Assembly (NCBI GenBank): GCA_964634005.1
Contig: CAZWKQ010000005.1
Span: forward strand, 40,655 to 104,654
Source of the DNA: an uncultured Bacteroides sp.
GTDB taxonomy: Bacteria > Bacteroidota > Bacteroidia > Bacteroidales > JACABE01
Direction: 5' to 3'
Length of the DNA stretch: 64,000 nucleotides
Part shown: piece after piece, positions 54,383 to 64,000 of the stretch
Layout: each line of letters opens with the position of its first letter
How positions within the stretch are numbered: the first letter of the stretch is position 1
The notes under the pieces: model-generated
Seen by the model: only the letters and a program-made list of their open reading frames with translations
The model's database searches: none
What the model was told of the DNA's origin: nothing
Position numbers and translations under genes: made by a program

Positions 54383-57054
54383 TAACTCAAATATTTTAGA
54401 ATAATATTACTTAACTCGTTAGATTTAAATGGTTTTGAAATATAATCGTCCATATCATTTTGACGATAAGTTTCCAAATCGTTTTTTAAGAAATTAGCCG
54501 TAAAAGCAATAATTGGGGTTCTTATTCGCGATTTATTGTTCTTTTCATAATTTCTTATTGCCTGAGTAGCAACTATACCATCCATTTCGGGCATTTGAAT
54601 ATCCATTAGTATAAGGTCATATTCATTTTTTAGAAATTTTTCGTATGCAACTTTACCATTTTCGGCAATTTCTACTTCATAACCCATTTTTTCAATTGCA
54701 TTTTTGGCAATTTTCTGATTCATAAGATTATCTTCAGCTAAAAGAATTCTTATTTTATTGCTGAACAATCTTTTAGGATAAGTTTGATTTTCTGTGAAAT
54801 CAATTTTTGATTGTTTCGATTTCTCAAAAACAACTGTAAACCAAAATTCAGAACCCTTATTAACCTCACTTTCAACTCCTATTTCACCACCTAATAACTC
54901 ACTTAACCTTTTACAAATAGCAAGTCCCAAACCTGTACCTTCGTATATTCTGTTTCTGCCCGAAAATTCCTGAGTAAATTCAGTAAAAAGTTTTGCTTTC
55001 AAATTCTCTGAAATTCCAATTCCGGTATCTTTTACAACAAATTTTAACTTTATATTCTTTTCGTTTTCAACTACTTTACTGCCTATTAGGCTAATCTTAC
55101 CTTGTTTTGTAAATTTAACGGCATTATTAAGTAAATTATTCAATATTTGTTCAAAACGATACGAGTCGCCCACAACATATTGAGGAATATCTATGGAAAA
55201 ACTTTCCTCAAATTCTAAATGTTTTTCAATAGATTTGTTTTTATAAACATTTACTAACTTATTCAATAATCCGATAATATCAAACTCTTGGGGTTTAAGT
55301 ATAAGTTTTCCGGTTTCAATATCCGAGAAATCTAATATATCGTTTATTATGGTCAAAAGACTATTTACCGAAGAATTAATAACTTCTAAATTTTCTTTTT
55401 GAGTTGTTGTAAGGTTATCAGAGTCAATCATTTCGACCATACCCATAATGTGATTTAGAGGAGTTTTGATTTCATGACTCATATTAGCAAGAAAACGGCT
55501 TTTTGCATAGGTTGCCTCTTCGGCCTTTTCTTTTGCTAATTGCAATTCATTTTCCACTAATTTTCTTTCGGTAATATCTAATATAGTACCCGATAATTTA
55601 ACAACTTCACCATCTTCAATTATTGGTTTACCTATTGCAAAAGCATATCTTAATGTTTTATCAGGTAAATAAAACCGATAATCGAGCTCATACGGAACTC
55701 CGAATTGTATTGCTTCGTTTATTGCACTAACAAACAAAGTTTTATCTTCGGGATAAACCATTGATATAAAATCTTCAAAAGTAGGAACTTTTTCAGTTGG
55801 AATTAACCCGAATATTTTGTAAACCTCATCCGATAATTTGAAATTTTTCGATTTTAAGTCGTAAATCCAGTTACCAAGATGTGCTATACTTTGTGATTCT
55901 TTTATAAAGCTTTCATTCGATTTGGCCTCTGCTTCCAACTCTTTCAATGTTGTAATATCTTGACATACAACCAAATACTCATTAATCTCATTTTTACTGT
56001 TGAAAACTGCCGTGTAAGTTGAATTTAACCACCTGAAATCGTTAACAGTAAATAATTTTACTCTATGTTCAATAGAAATTGACTTACTGTAAAAGTGTAA
56101 ACTTGCAATAGCGTTTTTTACATCAAAAAAATCATTTTCATGTACAAAGTTAAGAAATGAATTTCCTAAAACATTTTCGCTTCCTAAATTAAAAAATCCA
56201 TGAAATGCAGGATTGGCATAAGTAATTTTCATTTCCGAATTCATACGGAAAATAAGTACAGATTGATTTTCGACGAGATTTTTAAAACGTTTTTCGCTTT
56301 CTACCAGTGATATCTGAACTTGTTGTCGTTCTTTTATTTGTTTTTCAATCTCATACGATTTACTTTGACTTTCTAATAACTGTCTGTTCGACTTTTTATA
56401 AATAACTCTTATCGATACTAAACCAATCAAAAGAAATACAAAATGAATAAAATAAATTCCCGATAAATTAGGGGTTTTATAATATTTCCCTGCCAGAAAC
56501 CTCACACTTAAGGCTCCTTTAATATTGTTAGTATTAGAGCTTTCGGCATGACACTCAAAACAAGAATTATCCATCTTTAATGGAGTCATATACCTGAAAG
56601 ATGAATTTTCTTTTTCTCCAATTTTCTCAAAAATATTATTTTCTCCGGCAAGTAACTGATATAATGATCTTTTTTCCCAAGAGTCCGCATTTGGTAATTC
56701 CATCTGCGGATCAATTTTTATTACTTTATATTTTATGGTTCCTTCCTGATTCGAACTACTATACACCCATTTTTGAAGCAGATTTACATCCAAATCTCTC
56801 CAGTTTGTACCGGCAGATGAGGCACTTTGCGTAGTGTCTGAATAATTTCTATGTTGCTTTATATGAATTTCTTTCCAAAATTTATCTATTATTATTTGTT
56901 TGAATATCGAGTTTGAAATGTCTAATATGATTTGTTTGTTGTTGTTTTCAATTTTTTGATTTGAGCGTTTAACTGTATTAAGGTTATATATTAGTGACAG
57001 CACAATAATAACCAACCAACTTATTTGTAATAAGAGATAAATTTTTCTGTTCAT
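54382..57054 (-). CDS. Hybrid sensor histidine kinase/response regulator with a periplasmic CxxCH (heme c motif) sensor domain.
   Basis: The order is [21 protein letters not shown] (DUF3365/Tll0287-like), TM, two PAS-like regions, HisKA ([14 protein letters not shown]), HATPase ([10 protein letters not shown]) and REC (ILLAEDN...[14 protein letters not shown]). Confidence 0.85.
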   Translation of the reverse strand: MNRKIYLLLQISWLVIIVLSLIYNLNTVKRSNQKIENNNKQIILDISNSIFKQIIIDKFWKEIHIKQHRNYSDTTQSASSAGTNWRDLDVNLLQKWVYSSSNQEGTIKYKVIKIDPQMELPNADSWEKRSLYQLLAGENNIFEKIGEKENSSFRYMTPLKMDNSCFECHAESSNTNNIKGALSVRFLAGKYYKTPNLSGIYFIHFVFLLIGLVSIRVIYKKSNRQLLESQSKSYEIEKQIKERQQVQISLVESEKRFKNLVENQSVLIFRMNSEMKITYANPAFHGFFNLGSENVLGNSFLNFVHENDFFDVKNAIASLHFYSKSISIEHRVKLFTVNDFRWLNSTYTAVFNSKNEINEYLVVCQDITTLKELEAEAKSNESFIKESQSIAHLGNWIYDLKSKNFKLSDEVYKIFGLIPTEKVPTFEDFISMVYPEDKTLFVSAINEAIQFGVPYELDYRFYLPDKTLRYAFAIGKPIIEDGEVVKLSGTILDITERKLVENELQLAKEKAEEATYAKSRFLANMSHEIKTPLNHIMGMVEMIDSDNLTTTQKENLEVINSSVNSLLTIINDILDFSDIETGKLILKPQEFDIIGLLNKLVNVYKNKSIEKHLEFEESFSIDIPQYVVGDSYRFEQILNNLLNNAVKFTKQGKISLIGSKVVENEKNIKLKFVVKDTGIGISENLKAKLFTEFTQEFSGRNRIYEGTGLGLAICKRLSELLGGEIGVESEVNKGSEFWFTVVFEKSKQSKIDFTENQTYPKRLFSNKIRILLAEDNLMNQKIAKNAIEKMGYEVEIAENGKVAYEKFLKNEYDLILMDIQMPEMDGIVATQAIRNYEKNNKSRIRTPIIAFTANFLKNDLETYRQNDMDDYISKPFKSNELSNIILKYLS

Positions 57055-57267
57055 TATACAGTTCTAAATATACAAATACTAATCATCAAATTATAGTCCA
57101 GCTATTGCTAAGATTAACTTTTGTTTAAAAAATTGTTAATACATTTTGTCAAATATTTGATTTTAAATCAAATATAAATATGTTATATTATAATACTTTT
57201 ATCTTTAAAGAAAAAAAAAACTCTATATTTTGTCCAAAATTGAAATTATATTTTCAATTTAAAAAAA

Positions 57268-58113
57268 TTATGGTCTAATTGCAAAAATAGGCAAGTTTGT
57301 TTCAAAAACATATTTCCTGCTGCTTTCTTTTCCTATAAGTCTTTGAAAGAAGTTTGCCTTGTGTGGCATAAATGCAATAGAATCAATATTATGTTTTTCG
57401 ATAAATGCATCTATTTCAATTTGTTTTTCATAACTTTCGAGAATCTCGTAATAAAATTTACCTTTTGAAATTTCATCTGCGAAATTATTAGAAAGTTCTT
57501 CTTTAATTGCGAATGCTTTCAGATGATTTCCATCTTCGACTAAATTGACACAATAGATATTTGGTTGATATAAATCGAGTAAATTGTATGTTTTTCTAAT
57601 AAGCAAACTGTTATTAGATATTGAGTCGGCAATAAACATAACATTTTCGGGGTGTTTTAAGTTTTCATTGGCAGGAACAACCAGAACGGGGAAACTTGAC
57701 CTGTTAAAAACTCTAATTGCCAAACTGCCAAAAAGTGATAGTGTTTCACCTTTCCCTTTAGAACCAACCACAATAAGAGACGGTAAATATTCGGAGCAGA
57801 ATTCGTTTAAATCATCTTCGAAATCACCTGAAGTAATATGCTCTTTAATAGTTATACCTTTCGATTTGCTTAAAAGAATTTCTTTCAACTCCAGCATTTC
57901 TTTCTGAACCAATTTTTCACTTTCTTTATCACTATCGATATAAGTATTTAATTCGAAAGAATCGCTAATACCGGGAGACGTCATATAATAACGTCTTGTA
58001 ATTGTGTGAAATAATACAATTTCGGAATTAAACTTTTGTGCTAAGTTAAGTGCATAATGGCAAACATGAATTGTGTGTGGAGAAAAATCAACTGTAACTA
58101 ATATTCTTTTCAT
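57268..58113 (-). CDS. Tandem universal stress protein.
   Basis: MKRILVTVDFSPHT...LIVVGSKGKG, followed by a second Usp-like half. I preferred the start at 58113 over the TTG at 58173. Confidence 0.75.
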   Translation of the reverse strand: MKRILVTVDFSPHTIHVCHYALNLAQKFNSEIVLFHTITRRYYMTSPGISDSFELNTYIDSDKESEKLVQKEMLELKEILLSKSKGITIKEHITSGDFEDDLNEFCSEYLPSLIVVGSKGKGETLSLFGSLAIRVFNRSSFPVLVVPANENLKHPENVMFIADSISNNSLLIRKTYNLLDLYQPNIYCVNLVEDGNHLKAFAIKEELSNNFADEISKGKFYYEILESYEKQIEIDAFIEKHNIDSIAFMPHKANFFQRLIGKESSRKYVFETNLPIFAIRP

Positions 58114-58129
58114 ATCTGATCCTTTCTTT

Positions 58130-58172
58130 AAAAAAATGTACCAAATAAAGCTTTTAAACTCTACTTGGTACA
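58130..58172 (-). terminator. Hairpin plus T7 run downstream of the DUF4476 gene.
   Basis: The minus strand reads tgtaccaa-(20 nt)-ttggtaca-TTTTTTT. It sits only 16 nt from the Usp ATG, so an attenuator or read-through role is possible. Confidence 0.45.
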
Positions 58173-58210
58173 AAGATAATAAATTAAAAACTTAAATCAG
58201 AAATTATTTT

Positions 58211-59224
58211 TTATTTAATATAACTATTTAATTCATCAATTGAAGATTCGAAATCGAAAGCATCGTTCAACTGATAATAATTACCTTTGTCATAAGTATA
58301 TCTATAAGCAAATTTCGCAATTTCAAGGCGAGAAGATTCAAAATCGAAAAGCCTGACAATTTCTTTCACTTGAGCAACTGTTAAACAATTATTAGAAATA
58401 ACTTGCTTAGCCACGGTTATTTTAGAACTTTCAAAAGATTTGGAACTAATTGATTTTTTTGCATCGGCAAAACTCTGATTACTCATAGGATTATTGCATC
58501 CGTAAGGGCCGTAATATCCAGGAACAGCATCTACTACCTGACGTTGATTATTTCTGTTGTTATACGGTTGATTAGGACGAATACGCGGTTCAGTAGGTGG
58601 CTGAACATTTGTTCCGGTAGTTGTTGTTGAAGAAGTGGTAGTTGTTGTAGTTGTAGTTGTAGAGGTAGTATTCGGTTGATTTATATTCCCGATATTAAGA
58701 TTGAAATTTGTTCCTGTAGTAGGGTCAGTTACACTAACACCAATAATAGGATTGTTCCCCGTAGGTTGTTGTGTTGAAGATTGTTGTTGAACTGTAGTAT
58801 TCTGCTGTGGCGTAACTGCATTAACCTGAGGTTCGGGATTAACAGGCTCTTCGGTCGAGAAAACATAGGAATTAGTATTTGCAGGAGCATTATTTACAGC
58901 AACTTCATTCATCCAGTTTATTACCCATTTCCCTTTGTTGTTTCTTTTAATAACATAGGTTGTTTCTGTACCAGGATTAATATAAACTGTTTTGTCTAAC
59001 TGTGGTAATGAAGTGTTTTTAAAAATAATTTTACATTTGTAAGACGGAGAAATTAAATCAGTAATTCTAACATTTGTACGAGGATCTCCATTTTGTTTTA
59101 TACCATTTATTATAACATAAAAGGGTTCTCCTTGCTCAGTAAAAAAAATCAAGTTCGACTTTTGTGCAAATCCGTAGAATTGTGTTACAAAAACTAACGA
59201 CAATAAAATAATAATCTTTCTCAT
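58211..59224 (-). CDS. DUF4476-domain secreted protein with a Thr/Ser/Gln-rich linker.
   Basis: It has a signal peptide and a linker TTSTTTTTTTTTSSTTTTG. The C-terminus is FADAKKSISSKSFESSKITVAKQVISNNCLTVAQVKEIVRLFDFESSRLEIAKFAY. Confidence 0.7.
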   Translation of the reverse strand: MRKIIILLSLVFVTQFYGFAQKSNLIFFTEQGEPFYVIINGIKQNGDPRTNVRITDLISPSYKCKIIFKNTSLPQLDKTVYINPGTETTYVIKRNNKGKWVINWMNEVAVNNAPANTNSYVFSTEEPVNPEPQVNAVTPQQNTTVQQQSSTQQPTGNNPIIGVSVTDPTTGTNFNLNIGNINQPNTTSTTTTTTTTTSSTTTTGTNVQPPTEPRIRPNQPYNNRNNQRQVVDAVPGYYGPYGCNNPMSNQSFADAKKSISSKSFESSKITVAKQVISNNCLTVAQVKEIVRLFDFESSRLEIAKFAYRYTYDKGNYYQLNDAFDFESSIDELNSYIK

Positions 59225-59381
59225 AGTTAAATAAATTTATTTTTTTATTAATTTTTAATTGCAAATATACTCTTTTCAATTTTTGTGCCAAAAATTCAAA
59301 GATATAAATTAACCTAATATTTTATATATTTGCCGTACTTTTAAAAAAATGAATTAAGAAAGCTAAAAAAAGAAGAAAAAA

Positions 59382-60695
59382 ATGAGTAACTACTTGGGAA
59401 TAAGACATGAAGATAAATATGCTATGGAAAGACGTGCACCACTTACTCCAAAGCACGTAAAAAGATTAATAGAACATCAAAAACTTGATATTATAGTACA
59501 ATCATCCCCCAAAAGAATTTTTAAAGACGAAGAGTATTTAAACGCCGGTGCATTAGTTGAAAAAGACCTTTCGAAATGTAATGTAATTTTAGGTGTTAAG
59601 GAAATTCCGTTAGATTTTTTCGAAAAAGGAAAGACATATGTTTTCTTCTCACATGTTATTAAAGGCCAATCTTATAATATGCCGATGCTAAAAAAAATGA
59701 TGGAATTAGAATGCAATCTTATTGATTATGAACGCATAGTTGATGAGCAAAACAAAAGATTGATTTTCTTCGGCAAATATGCAGGTTTGGCGGGAATGAT
59801 TAATTCATTATGGGCTTTAGGATTAAGATATAAATATTTGGGATACGACACTCCTTTCTTAGAAATCAAACAAGCTCACAATTACAACTCGCTAAAAGAA
59901 GCAAAAGATGTAGTTAGTAAAGTTGGTCAATATATTGCCGAAAACGGACTTCCAAAAGAAATTCAACCTATGGTTGTTGGATTTACCGGCTATGGCAATG
60001 TATCTCAGGGAGCACAGGAAATTCTCGGATTATTACCTAACAAAGAAATCTCTACCGAAAAACTATTAGAACTTAAAAACAGGAATAATTTCCCAAACAA
60101 TATTATTTTTAAAGTAGTTTTTAAAGAAAAACACATATCAGAACATAAAGAAGGAAAAGAGTTCGATTTATTCGATTATTATAATAATCCCCAGAATTAT
60201 GTAAGTAAATTTGAACAATATATTCCACACTTAACTGTTCTTATGAACTGTATGTATTGGGATTCTCGATATCCAAGGATAGTTACAAAAAAATATTTGA
60301 AAAAATTGTACTCTAAAGGAAATCCCAAACTTACCGTAATAGGTGATATTACTTGCGACCCCAACGGCTCTATAGAGTGTACTCATAAAGGAACTGAAAT
60401 TGAAGATCCAATTTTTGTTTACAATCCGCTAAATGACACTTATAAAATGGGTTATGAAGGCGAAGGCATTCTTGATATGGCTGTTGATATTCTTCCAAGC
60501 GAACTACCACGCGATTCGTCTGAAGGATTTGGAGATGTATTGGTGAACTTTGTTAAACCTCTTGTTTTTGCTGATTTTGACCAGCCTTATGACGATATTG
60601 ATTTACCAAAATCAATTAAAAAAGCGCTAATTCTGCATAAAGGGAAGTTAACCCATGAATACGAATATCTAACCCAATATTTAAAGAAAATATAA
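59382..60695 (+). CDS. Saccharopine dehydrogenase / lysine-ketoglutarate-reductase-like protein (alanine dehydrogenase/PNT fold).
   Basis: LGIRHEDKYAMERRAPLTPKHVKRL and VVGFTGYGNVSQGA (Rossmann) are present. Confidence 0.7.
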   Translation: MSNYLGIRHEDKYAMERRAPLTPKHVKRLIEHQKLDIIVQSSPKRIFKDEEYLNAGALVEKDLSKCNVILGVKEIPLDFFEKGKTYVFFSHVIKGQSYNMPMLKKMMELECNLIDYERIVDEQNKRLIFFGKYAGLAGMINSLWALGLRYKYLGYDTPFLEIKQAHNYNSLKEAKDVVSKVGQYIAENGLPKEIQPMVVGFTGYGNVSQGAQEILGLLPNKEISTEKLLELKNRNNFPNNIIFKVVFKEKHISEHKEGKEFDLFDYYNNPQNYVSKFEQYIPHLTVLMNCMYWDSRYPRIVTKKYLKKLYSKGNPKLTVIGDITCDPNGSIECTHKGTEIEDPIFVYNPLNDTYKMGYEGEGILDMAVDILPSELPRDSSEGFGDVLVNFVKPLVFADFDQPYDDIDLPKSIKKALILHKGKLTHEYEYLTQYLKKI

Positions 60696-60717
60696 CTGAT
60701 TATCATCAAAATACAAG

Positions 60718-62592
60718 GTGTTTAAGAATAAAATCAAATTCTTTATTATATTACTTTTTTTTACAAACGACTTATTTTGTCAGTCGTTTGATACTATTGC
60801 ACAAATAAGAAAGCAAACAAAATATTTTTTCGACACAAAGTATTCTTTTAATTTGCCTGAATATTATAGAATTGATACAGTTTTAAAAGGTACTCAACAA
60901 TACAATCCGTCATTCAACAGAGAATACTTTGGAGAATGGAGCGGAAATATAGGAAGACCTTCCAAATCAATGATATTTATTCCAAATCATTACACAGGAT
61001 TTGAATATGGGATTTATTCTTTAAACAATATCTTGATCGAACCGTTTTCAATACCATATTATCAGGTAAAAAAACCTTATACTTCAATTTTTTATATATC
61101 AGGCCCCGAAAAAGAAGATATTTTAAAAGTTACTCATAGTCAGAATATTAACAAAAGCTGGAATTTCTCGTTAAATTTTGATGTAACCGATTCATGGGGA
61201 AGCTATCAATGGCAGGCTTGCGATAATCGGCATTTTTCTATTAATACAAATTATTTTTCAAATTCGGGCAAATACAGATTAATGGCTTTGTATTACAATA
61301 ATAGTATAGATTTTCAGGAAAACGGCGGTATTACAAGCGATTCGATTTTTGAAAATCAAACAACACAACAAACTCTATCAGTACCCGTAAACTTACAAAA
61401 AGCCAACAACTTATTTAAATCAAAAGGTTTTTATATTAAACAATTATATAATTTCAGAATAGGGAAAAATGACAGTTTAAACAAAAAGAACTTTAGTTTA
61501 GGTTTTATTTCTCATACATTTCATTATAAAAGAGAATCGTTACTATATTCCGATTATGACGGAAAAAGTGGTTTTTATAAAAATATTTATTTTGATTCAA
61601 CCTATACTCACGATACTGTTTTCGGTCAAACAATAATAAATGATGTTTCATGGACTAACGGAGTAAATGAAAACCCATCAAACCCAAGCGCTTTCAATAT
61701 AATTTTTGGTGCAAAACACCAATTTATTGAAAGAAAAGACACAATATCAAAAAATACTTTTAATCAAATTATTCCATACTCTTCAATTTCTGTTTTTGCT
61801 TTTGGTAAGTTTTTTCTCAATTTAACAGGCGAATATGTAATAGGAGACTACAATGGCGGCGATTTTCTTTTAAAAGGTTTTGCAAAATATTCGTTATTTA
61901 AACAAAAACCCGAATTTGCGATTTTATCCGGTGAAATTTCATTCAATCAACGTCAAGCCGATTGGATATTAAAAAGCTATCATTCTAATTATTTTCAATG
62001 GGACAATAATTTTGAAAAAATACATCTTTTAAAAATTATTGCTAAGCTCAAGATTGGGAATTCACAAATTGAAGCACAACTTCATGAACTTAACAATTGG
62101 GTTTATCTTGATAAAAATTCAATACCTGCCCAACAGGATGAAATGTTGCATATTTCAATCGTAAAAATGAGCAATAATTTTAGTTTCAAAAAGTTACAGA
62201 TTGAAAACGACATAGTATTTCAAAACACATACAACAGCAAAGTAATCAATTTACCTCAACTTGCTGTTATGCAAAGCTGGTATATGAATTTAATGCTTTT
62301 TAATAAATATTTGTATATACAACCCGGGTTAACATTGTTCTACAATACAGCTTATTATGCTGATAATTACATGCCTGCACTTCGCATGTTTAATAATCAA
62401 GAAGATAAAAAAATCGGAAACTATATATATGCAGATGCATTTATAAATTTTCAAATAAAAAGAGCAAATATTTTCCTTTTATATCAACATATTAACAGTG
62501 GCTGGATTGGATACAAATATTATTTGGTACCCCATTATCCTCAACAATCGGCAGCATTGAAGCTTGGTATTACATGGAGGTTTTACGATTAA
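60718..62592 (+). CDS. Putative porin / outer-membrane beta-barrel protein.
   Basis: It has a GTG start and the signal peptide MFKNKIKFFIILLFFTNDLFCQ. The composition is Y/N/F-rich and beta-like, ending in GITWRFYD. Confidence 0.6.
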   Translation: MFKNKIKFFIILLFFTNDLFCQSFDTIAQIRKQTKYFFDTKYSFNLPEYYRIDTVLKGTQQYNPSFNREYFGEWSGNIGRPSKSMIFIPNHYTGFEYGIYSLNNILIEPFSIPYYQVKKPYTSIFYISGPEKEDILKVTHSQNINKSWNFSLNFDVTDSWGSYQWQACDNRHFSINTNYFSNSGKYRLMALYYNNSIDFQENGGITSDSIFENQTTQQTLSVPVNLQKANNLFKSKGFYIKQLYNFRIGKNDSLNKKNFSLGFISHTFHYKRESLLYSDYDGKSGFYKNIYFDSTYTHDTVFGQTIINDVSWTNGVNENPSNPSAFNIIFGAKHQFIERKDTISKNTFNQIIPYSSISVFAFGKFFLNLTGEYVIGDYNGGDFLLKGFAKYSLFKQKPEFAILSGEISFNQRQADWILKSYHSNYFQWDNNFEKIHLLKIIAKLKIGNSQIEAQLHELNNWVYLDKNSIPAQQDEMLHISIVKMSNNFSFKKLQIENDIVFQNTYNSKVINLPQLAVMQSWYMNLMLFNKYLYIQPGLTLFYNTAYYADNYMPALRMFNNQEDKKIGNYIYADAFINFQIKRANIFLLYQHINSGWIGYKYYLVPHYPQQSAALKLGITWRFYD

Positions 62593-63961
62593 AGCAAAAA
62601 GTAGGAATAAACGAACCCTTTTGTAAATTCTGAGATAACTTCCTGTTTTCAATGACTATTTTCCCTTTTTTTATAACTGTTTCGGCCTGTCCGCTTATTT
62701 TTATTCCCTCATAAATATTATTATCGCAACGCTGATGTTGGTTAGAAACACTTATAACATTGCTAAGAGAAGAATTCCAGATAACTATGTCGGCGTCATA
62801 ACCTTTCTTAATTTTACCCTTATTATTAAACCCAAATATTTCCGAAGGATTAGAAAAACAAAAATTTATCCATTGCTGCAGGTTTATTCTTTCCTTTAAT
62901 ACTCCATATTCATAAAGCAATTCTAATCGGTGTTCAATGCCTCCTGCACCGTTTGGTATCTTTGTAAAATCGTTTATTCCACTATCTTTTTGACCAATAA
63001 TATTAAACGGACAATGATCTGTACTTACTACATCTATCTTATTTTCAGATAAATATCGCCATAATGCGTCATTATCCTTTTTTTTACGTAATGGTGGGCT
63101 TATTATATATTTGGCAGTATCGGCAAAATTGTCGCTTTGATAAAGATCATCATATAAAATCAAGTATTGAGGGCAAGTTTCAACAAGCACATTTGGTAAG
63201 TTATAATCTGCAATTATCTTCATTGCTTCAGCTGATGATATATGAACCAGATAAACATTACAATTTGTTATTGCGGCCATTTTTATTACTTTTTCAACAG
63301 CAATTGCCTCAATTTCAGGCAAACGAGACAATGAATGATATTTTGGCAAAGTGTTACCTTCTGAGATTAATTTCTGTTGATTCATCAAAACCTTATCACC
63401 GTCTTCACAATGGACAAGTAATGTACCGTTATATTTCGATATAACTTTCATCAATTCAAACAATTCGTCATAATCGATACCAATAGTACCCTTATATGCT
63501 AAATATGCTTTAAATGAAGTTATACCTTCGTTTTCAATACATTGTTTGATTTCTTTCTTAAGTGATGAATGCCAATATGTAATCCCCATATGAAGCGAAT
63601 AGTCGCACAATACATCATTTGCAACTTCTTTTCTTTTATACAATGCATTGATTAATGATTCCCCCTTTTCGGGGGTAACAAAATCAATAAACACAGTTGT
63701 CCCCCCGAATAATGCTGCTATACTACCCGTATAAAAATTATCGGAAGAATTTCCGGCATTTGTAGGTAAATCTAAATGAACATGTGGGTCGATTGCTCCC
63801 GGAATTACTAACTTATTTTTGGCGTCTATTATTTTATATTCGAAACTTTCAGGAATATTATTTTCTATAGCGAATATCTTTCCGTTTTTGATTAATATAT
63901 CTTTTTCAAAAATTCTATTTTCGCCGGATATTTTACCGTTTTTAATAAGTATTGTTTCCAT
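62570..63961 (-). CDS. Dihydropyrimidinase / D-hydantoinase (cyclic amidohydrolase).
   Basis: PGAIDPHVHLDLP, SFKAYLAYKG (carbamylated Lys region), VHCEDGD, VHISSAEA and STDHCPF are present. Confidence 0.85.
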   Translation of the reverse strand: METILIKNGKISGENRIFEKDILIKNGKIFAIENNIPESFEYKIIDAKNKLVIPGAIDPHVHLDLPTNAGNSSDNFYTGSIAALFGGTTVFIDFVTPEKGESLINALYKRKEVANDVLCDYSLHMGITYWHSSLKKEIKQCIENEGITSFKAYLAYKGTIGIDYDELFELMKVISKYNGTLLVHCEDGDKVLMNQQKLISEGNTLPKYHSLSRLPEIEAIAVEKVIKMAAITNCNVYLVHISSAEAMKIIADYNLPNVLVETCPQYLILYDDLYQSDNFADTAKYIISPPLRKKKDNDALWRYLSENKIDVVSTDHCPFNIIGQKDSGINDFTKIPNGAGGIEHRLELLYEYGVLKERINLQQWINFCFSNPSEIFGFNNKGKIKKGYDADIVIWNSSLSNVISVSNQHQRCDNNIYEGIKISGQAETVIKKGKIVIENRKLSQNLQKGSFIPTFCFNRKTSM

Positions 63962-64000
63962 TTATTTTTGAAAAATATGAATAATGAAACAAAATTAAAA

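Noticed and set aside
58600-58700. A run of Thr/Ser codons in the DUF4476 gene as a possible slipped-strand phase-variation tract.
   Set aside because: The codons are mixed (ACA/ACT/ACC/TCT) and form an imperfect repeat rather than a homopolymer or a perfect SSR. This is more consistent with a low-complexity linker.
63064-63444. A 126-aa + strand ORF.
   Set aside because: It is antisense to the well-supported dihydropyrimidinase gene and has no motifs.

Overview
This is a low-GC (about 30%) chromosomal segment, most likely from a Bacteroidota bacterium. Three observations support that: a Por/T9SS C-terminal sorting domain, TAnnTTTG -7 promoter boxes in front of many genes, and mostly Shine-Dalgarno-free A-rich leaders. 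I found no transposase, integrase, CRISPR array or rRNA.

Layout:
- 1-7.9 kb: two very large surface proteins. The first is cut by the window edge and ends in a dockerin-like module. The second carries 13 tandem Cys-containing Ig/PKD-like repeats and a T9SS sorting domain.
- 8-13.8 kb: housekeeping genes (xseBA, IMPase, NfeD, macro domain, MATE).
- 13.8-19.3 kb, minus strand: crcB and DUF190, then a fluoride riboswitch, then a tightly packed six-gene operon (CPA2 antiporter, Usp, CYTH, P-type-ATPase-like HAD, small helical protein, dynamin-like GTPase).
- 19.4-24.6 kb: tRNA-Val, an MscS-type channel, rplS, and thrS-infC-rpmI-rplT.
- 24.8-34 kb: an Sfp-type PPTase and a gene for a roughly 2800-aa beta-helix adhesin that ends in the same dockerin-like module as gene 1.
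- 34.3-38.6 kb: an operon of a secreted repeat protein, a VTC protein and DUF4956, followed by a PqqD-like gene plus a LytS/LytTR two-component system.
- 38.6-49.7 kb: an orphan E2 acyltransferase, a polybasic membrane protein, trxB, an AAA ATPase, an alpha-oxoamine synthase, and an operon of a lyase-family gene, hydF, DUF493 and hydE.
- 49.9-64 kb: photolyase, two outer-membrane beta-barrel proteins, an APS-reductase-type cysH translationally coupled to a heme-motif hybrid histidine kinase, tandem Usp, DUF4476, a saccharopine-dehydrogenase-like gene and dihydropyrimidinase.

Most interesting observations:
1. The fluoride riboswitch sits after crcB, not before it. It has an explicit SD-sequestering platform and gates an operon that ends in a dynamin-like GTPase.
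2. A possible cohesin/dockerin-style display arrangement links the T9SS-anchored repeat protein to the two giant dockerin-tailed proteins.
3. A PqqD-like peptide-binding protein is encoded directly with a LytS/LytTR system.
4. A conserved palindromic intergenic element occurs in two copies that differ by a compensatory change.

All calls come from reading the sequence and the ORF translations. No database search was run.
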